Shown here in pieces: positions 27,240 to 30,630 of a stretch of DNA of 30,630 bases. Numbering within the stretch: position 1 is the first letter of the stretch; the number at the start of each line of letters is the position of its first letter. This stretch comes from Archangium sp. (lineage in GTDB: Bacteria; Myxococcota; Myxococcia; Myxococcales; Myxococcaceae): contig JANLPS010000244.1 in assembly GCA_031367385.1 (NCBI GenBank), positions 1 to 30,630 of the forward strand, read 5' to 3'. Both the position numbers and the translations under genes were made by a program. Under the pieces are notes generated by a model. The model was not told the origin of the DNA and made no database searches. It worked only from the letters and a program-made list of their open reading frames with translations.

Positions 27240-28609
27240 ACCTCTATCTGGTCGCAGATCACGAGCCGGTCACCCGCGAAATCGAGGCGGCCGACTTGAA
27301 GGTGACGGGCGAGCTGCCGCGCGGGCTCCATGGCTTGTACGTGCGCAATTCGCCGAACCCCCAGTTCGAGCCGATCGGCAAGTACCACTGGTTCGACGGC
27401 GACGGCATGGTGCACGGCCTGCGGCTGCGCGAAGGCAAGGCGTCGTATCTCAACCGGTGGACACGTACGGCCGACTTCGAGACCGAGAAGGCCGCGGGCA
27501 AAGCGCTGTGGACGGGCATTCTCGAGCGACCGCGACCCGACGCGCCGAGCCCGATCAAGAACACCGCGAACACCGATTTGGTGTTTCACAACGGCAAGAT
27601 CTTGGCGACCTGGTGGCTCTCGGGCACGCCGTACGAGCTCAACCCGGCTGACCTGTCGACGGTCGGGCCGGCGACGTTCGGCGGCAAGCTCACCCACGGG
27701 TTCTCGGCGCACCCCAAGGTCGACCCCCGCTCGGGCGAGCTGGTGTTCTTCGACTTCTCGATGTTCAAGAAGCCCTTCATTCGCTACGGCGTGGTCGACG
27801 CGAAGGGCGAGCTGGTTCGCTCAGAGGCGATCGAATCGCCCTCGCCGCACATTCTTCACGACATGGCGATCACCGAGCACTTCTCGGTGCTGATGGATTT
27901 TCCCCTCGGGTGGGACGTGGCGAAGCTCAAGGAGGGCAAGCGCCGCATCGCCTTCGACAAGGGCTCGCCGAGCCGGTTTGGCATCTTGCCGAGGCTGGGG
28001 CATGCGAGCGACGTGAAGTGGTTCGAGGCGAAACCTTGCTACATGTACCACTCGATCAACGCGTACGAGGCGGGCGACGAGGTGGTGCTGATCGGGTGCC
28101 GGGTTTCAGACTTGATACCCGAGCGGCAAGACACCACTGGCACGGTGGCGCGGCTCGACATCATTGAGCTCGTGCCGCACTTGTACGAGTGGCGCTTCAA
28201 CCTGAAGACCGGCGCCGTCTCTGAGCGTCAGCTCGATGACCTCGCGACCGAGTTTCCCCGCATCAACGATTCAGTGCAGGGCCTCAAGGCGCGCTACAGC
28301 TACAACCCCCGGCTGGCGAAGACCGCTGATCTCAAGTTCGACGCGCTGGTGAAGTACGAGCTCAGCACGCTTGGGCGCACCACCTGGGAGGCTCCGCGGG
28401 GCTGGTTCGTGGGGGAGCCGTCATTCGCTCCGGCGCCGAACGCGCGGGCCGAAGACGACGGGTGGTTGGTGAGCTTTGGCACCAATGCGGCCGAGCGCAC
28501 CTCGGCGGCCTTCATCATCGACGCTGCGCAGATGAAAGAAGTCGCGGTCGTGCACTTGCCGCAGCGCATACCCCTCGGGTTTCACTCGTATTGGTGCCCG
28601 AAGGTCTAA
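27236..28609 (+). CDS. Carotenoid oxygenase (RPE65/CCD/lignostilbene dioxygenase) family protein
   Basis: G.Y.RN.PNP, HWFDGDGMVH, four Fe-ligand His (SAHPK, LHD, YHS.NAYE, GFH), EFPRIN, EDDGW. Confidence 0.95.
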   Translation: MNLYLVADHEPVTREIEAADLKVTGELPRGLHGLYVRNSPNPQFEPIGKYHWFDGDGMVHGLRLREGKASYLNRWTRTADFETEKAAGKALWTGILERPRPDAPSPIKNTANTDLVFHNGKILATWWLSGTPYELNPADLSTVGPATFGGKLTHGFSAHPKVDPRSGELVFFDFSMFKKPFIRYGVVDAKGELVRSEAIESPSPHILHDMAITEHFSVLMDFPLGWDVAKLKEGKRRIAFDKGSPSRFGILPRLGHASDVKWFEAKPCYMYHSINAYEAGDEVVLIGCRVSDLIPERQDTTGTVARLDIIELVPHLYEWRFNLKTGAVSERQLDDLATEFPRINDSVQGLKARYSYNPRLAKTADLKFDALVKYELSTLGRTTWEAPRGWFVGEPSFAPAPNARAEDDGWLVSFGTNAAERTSAAFIIDAAQMKEVAVVHLPQRIPLGFHSYWCPKV

Positions 28610-28649
28610 AGCGCTTTGCGTTTCGACGGCGCAGCGTGTCTGCAGATGT

Positions 28650-30488
28650 ATGCGCGGCGTGCTCTGGTTTGCTCTGTTGGCGGTGTGCGGGTGTGGGGCC
28701 GAGGGCGCGTTTCGCTTCGCGCTGAGCGATGCGGGTGCGGCGTCGATGAACGCGGCCGATGCCGCAGTCAGCGCATCTGACGCTTCAGTGAGCGCCTCCG
28801 ACGCATCCGTCAGCACAGCCGATGCCTCAGTCAGCGCGTCCGACGCTTCAGTCAACGCAGCCGATGCCTCCATCAGCGTCGATTTCACGCGCGACGCAGG
28901 GCCCTCGCCGCTGCTGTTTCGACTTGGCGTGCAGCTCAACGGCGCCGCCGACGAGGTGGGCCGCGCGTTGATGACCGAACAGAGGGTCGGGCACGTGCGC
29001 CTCGACCTCGGGTACCTGGTGATGTCTCCAGCGACCAGCGCGGCTGACGCGGTCGCGCGGGTCAAACGGGCGAACGCGCGGGCGCAGGTCGAGGCCTTGC
29101 GAGCGACGGGTGCGCAGATCACGCTCAATCTGGTCGAGACGCCGCGGTACCTGTCGAGCTGCCCAGAGAAGACCGAGATCGAACCGATTTCGGGGTGGCC
29201 CCTGTTCAGCACGTGCCCTCCGCGCGACCTCGCGGAGTGGACCGCCCTGGTCTCGGCCATCGTGACCGAGGTGGGCAGCGGCCCCTTGTGGGAGGTGTGG
29301 AACGAGCCCGACGGCATTTTCTGGAGCGGTACCCCGGCCCAATTCTTCGAGCTCTACCTCGCGACCGTGCGCGGCGTTCGGCAGGCCGACCCCAGCGCCC
29401 TGGTCGGAGGCCCCGCCGTCTCGGGCCCCTGGGCCGGTACAGAGCCGGGCAGCGCGACGCCAGGGTTCATCGAGCAGTGGCTGGCATACTGCGCGAGCCA
29501 CCCGATTGCCGACCTCGGGCTCGCCCGAACGCCGGTCGATTTCGTGGTCTGGCACGAGTACGGGCTGCTGCCAGGTGGCTCGTCGAACGCGATTCACGAC
29601 GTGCGACGCTGGGCCACGGCGGCCGGGTACCCCGCGGCGACGCTCAGCGTCGACGAGTGGAACGTGCAGACCGAGGGCAACCCTCCGGGTGGCCTGAGCG
29701 ATCAGTTTCACACCGATTCAGAGTTCGGCGCCGCATGGGCCGTACGGCAGCTGCTCGAGATGCATCGCGCCGGGCTCGACCGACACGCGTATTCAGCGCT
29801 CGCCGATTGGTCGAATGGCCCGGGTGAATTTCACGGGGGTCAGGGGTTGACCACCACCGCGGGGCTCCGCAAACCGGTGTGGAATGCGATGCGGCTGTTG
29901 GGCTCGTTGCACGGGCAGCTGGGGTCGGTCTCGGTGTCGGGCGAGGCCCCGCTGCTCGATGGAGTCGCTTCGGTGGCCAGTGATTCAGCCTGGGTCGTAC
30001 TCGTGAACGCGGTGCCCGATTGGCGCTTCGCCCTCGAACAATTCATCGCGGTCGAACACGCCGCCGACAAGGCCCTGATCGCTGAGATCGACTCGCTGCC
30101 CGACGCGACCAAGCGGGCGCTGCTGATCGACTTCACGGTGACGGGCGCGCAGCTCCCGGTGAGCACCCCTGCGAAGGCACTGGCTGATGTGCTCGCCGCG
30201 AGGAGCCGGCAGGTGCTCTCGGCGCAGGGCCCCGTCACCGCGAGCCTTTCGCTCAGGGGCGTACCCGCTGGGTTCACTCGGCTTCGTCGCTTCGTCGTCG
30301 ACGCGAAGACCAGCAACTCGTACCGCGCGTGGCAGGCCGCGGGTGGCACCGCGAGCGCCCTGTCGCTTAGTCAGGCCAAGGCAGCGCAGGGCCTCGAGCT
30401 GGTCGAAGACACCACGTGGTCTGGCGCGGCGCTGACAGTGACCCTCGAGCGTGACGCGGTGGTGGCGATTGAGCTGAGCGCTCCTTAG
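28650..30488 (+). CDS. Lipoprotein, clan GH-A glycoside hydrolase (GH39-like)
   Basis: Lipobox (AVCGCG), WEVWNEPD acid/base, VGGPA, DFVVWH.Y, VDEWN nucleophile, RKPVWNA. Confidence 0.85.
   Translation: MRGVLWFALLAVCGCGAEGAFRFALSDAGAASMNAADAAVSASDASVSASDASVSTADASVSASDASVNAADASISVDFTRDAGPSPLLFRLGVQLNGAADEVGRALMTEQRVGHVRLDLGYLVMSPATSAADAVARVKRANARAQVEALRATGAQITLNLVETPRYLSSCPEKTEIEPISGWPLFSTCPPRDLAEWTALVSAIVTEVGSGPLWEVWNEPDGIFWSGTPAQFFELYLATVRGVRQADPSALVGGPAVSGPWAGTEPGSATPGFIEQWLAYCASHPIADLGLARTPVDFVVWHEYGLLPGGSSNAIHDVRRWATAAGYPAATLSVDEWNVQTEGNPPGGLSDQFHTDSEFGAAWAVRQLLEMHRAGLDRHAYSALADWSNGPGEFHGGQGLTTTAGLRKPVWNAMRLLGSLHGQLGSVSVSGEAPLLDGVASVASDSAWVVLVNAVPDWRFALEQFIAVEHAADKALIAEIDSLPDATKRALLIDFTVTGAQLPVSTPAKALADVLAARSRQVLSAQGPVTASLSLRGVPAGFTRLRRFVVDAKTSNSYRAWQAAGGTASALSLSQAKAAQGLELVEDTTWSGAALTVTLERDAVVAIELSAP
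28758..28883 (+). repeat. Six 21-bp coding repeats (DASVSAS heptads)
   Basis: DAAVSAS, DASVSAS, DASVSTA, DASVSAS, DASVNAA, DASISVD, with many synonymous differences. Confidence 0.9.
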
Positions 30489-30630
30489 GGGCAATGCTGG
30501 TCATTTAGCAGCGGGGCGCTGGACCCATTTCTTGTCGTAAGCGCTCATCTTGATCTTCACGACGCGTGGAAAACTGCGCTTCGGACGGCGTGGCGGCAGC
30601 AGTAAGAGTCGCATGCGTTGCCTGAGGTCC

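Noticed and set aside
28607..28626. Possible sigma54 promoter before the GH39-like gene
   Set aside because: Spacing is GG-N12-GC, not the required N10.
30613..30630. Possible start of a next gene (ATGCGTTGC...)
   Set aside because: Only six codons are visible at the window edge, so it cannot be supported.

Overview
High-GC chromosomal segment with strong Myxococcota (myxobacterial) signatures: MYXO-CTERM sorting tails, a TIGR02996 protein, MshEN/GspE-N domains, PEGA-domain kinases, an FHA-sigma54 activator and many D-A-G/D-G-G-rich lipoproteins. It holds about 28 CDS or CDS pieces. I found no rRNA, tRNA, CRISPR array or intact transposase. Housekeeping genes are kdsC and an acyl-CoA carboxylase beta subunit. 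Most notable observations: (1) a probable signalling module of a TPR-PEGA protein, a PEGA Ser/Thr kinase and an FHA-sigma54 enhancer-binding protein, next to two glycan-active lipoprotein genes that each have a sigma54 promoter and share an upstream palindrome YGTCAGG-N4-CCTGACG; (2) an in-frame TGA at a conserved Cys position in one of those genes, followed by a SECIS-like hairpin; (3) a degenerate array with an exact 42-bp period and a 23-bp phased repeat, each between convergent genes; (4) an ECF sigma / zinc anti-sigma / S41 protease operon; (5) two apparent pseudoenzymes (metalloprotease, kinase); (6) a recurring -10-box-then-start-codon layout suggesting leaderless mRNAs. All family assignments come from motif recognition by eye, without database searches. 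Several start codons were moved from the ORF track on the basis of signal peptides and promoter or RBS context.
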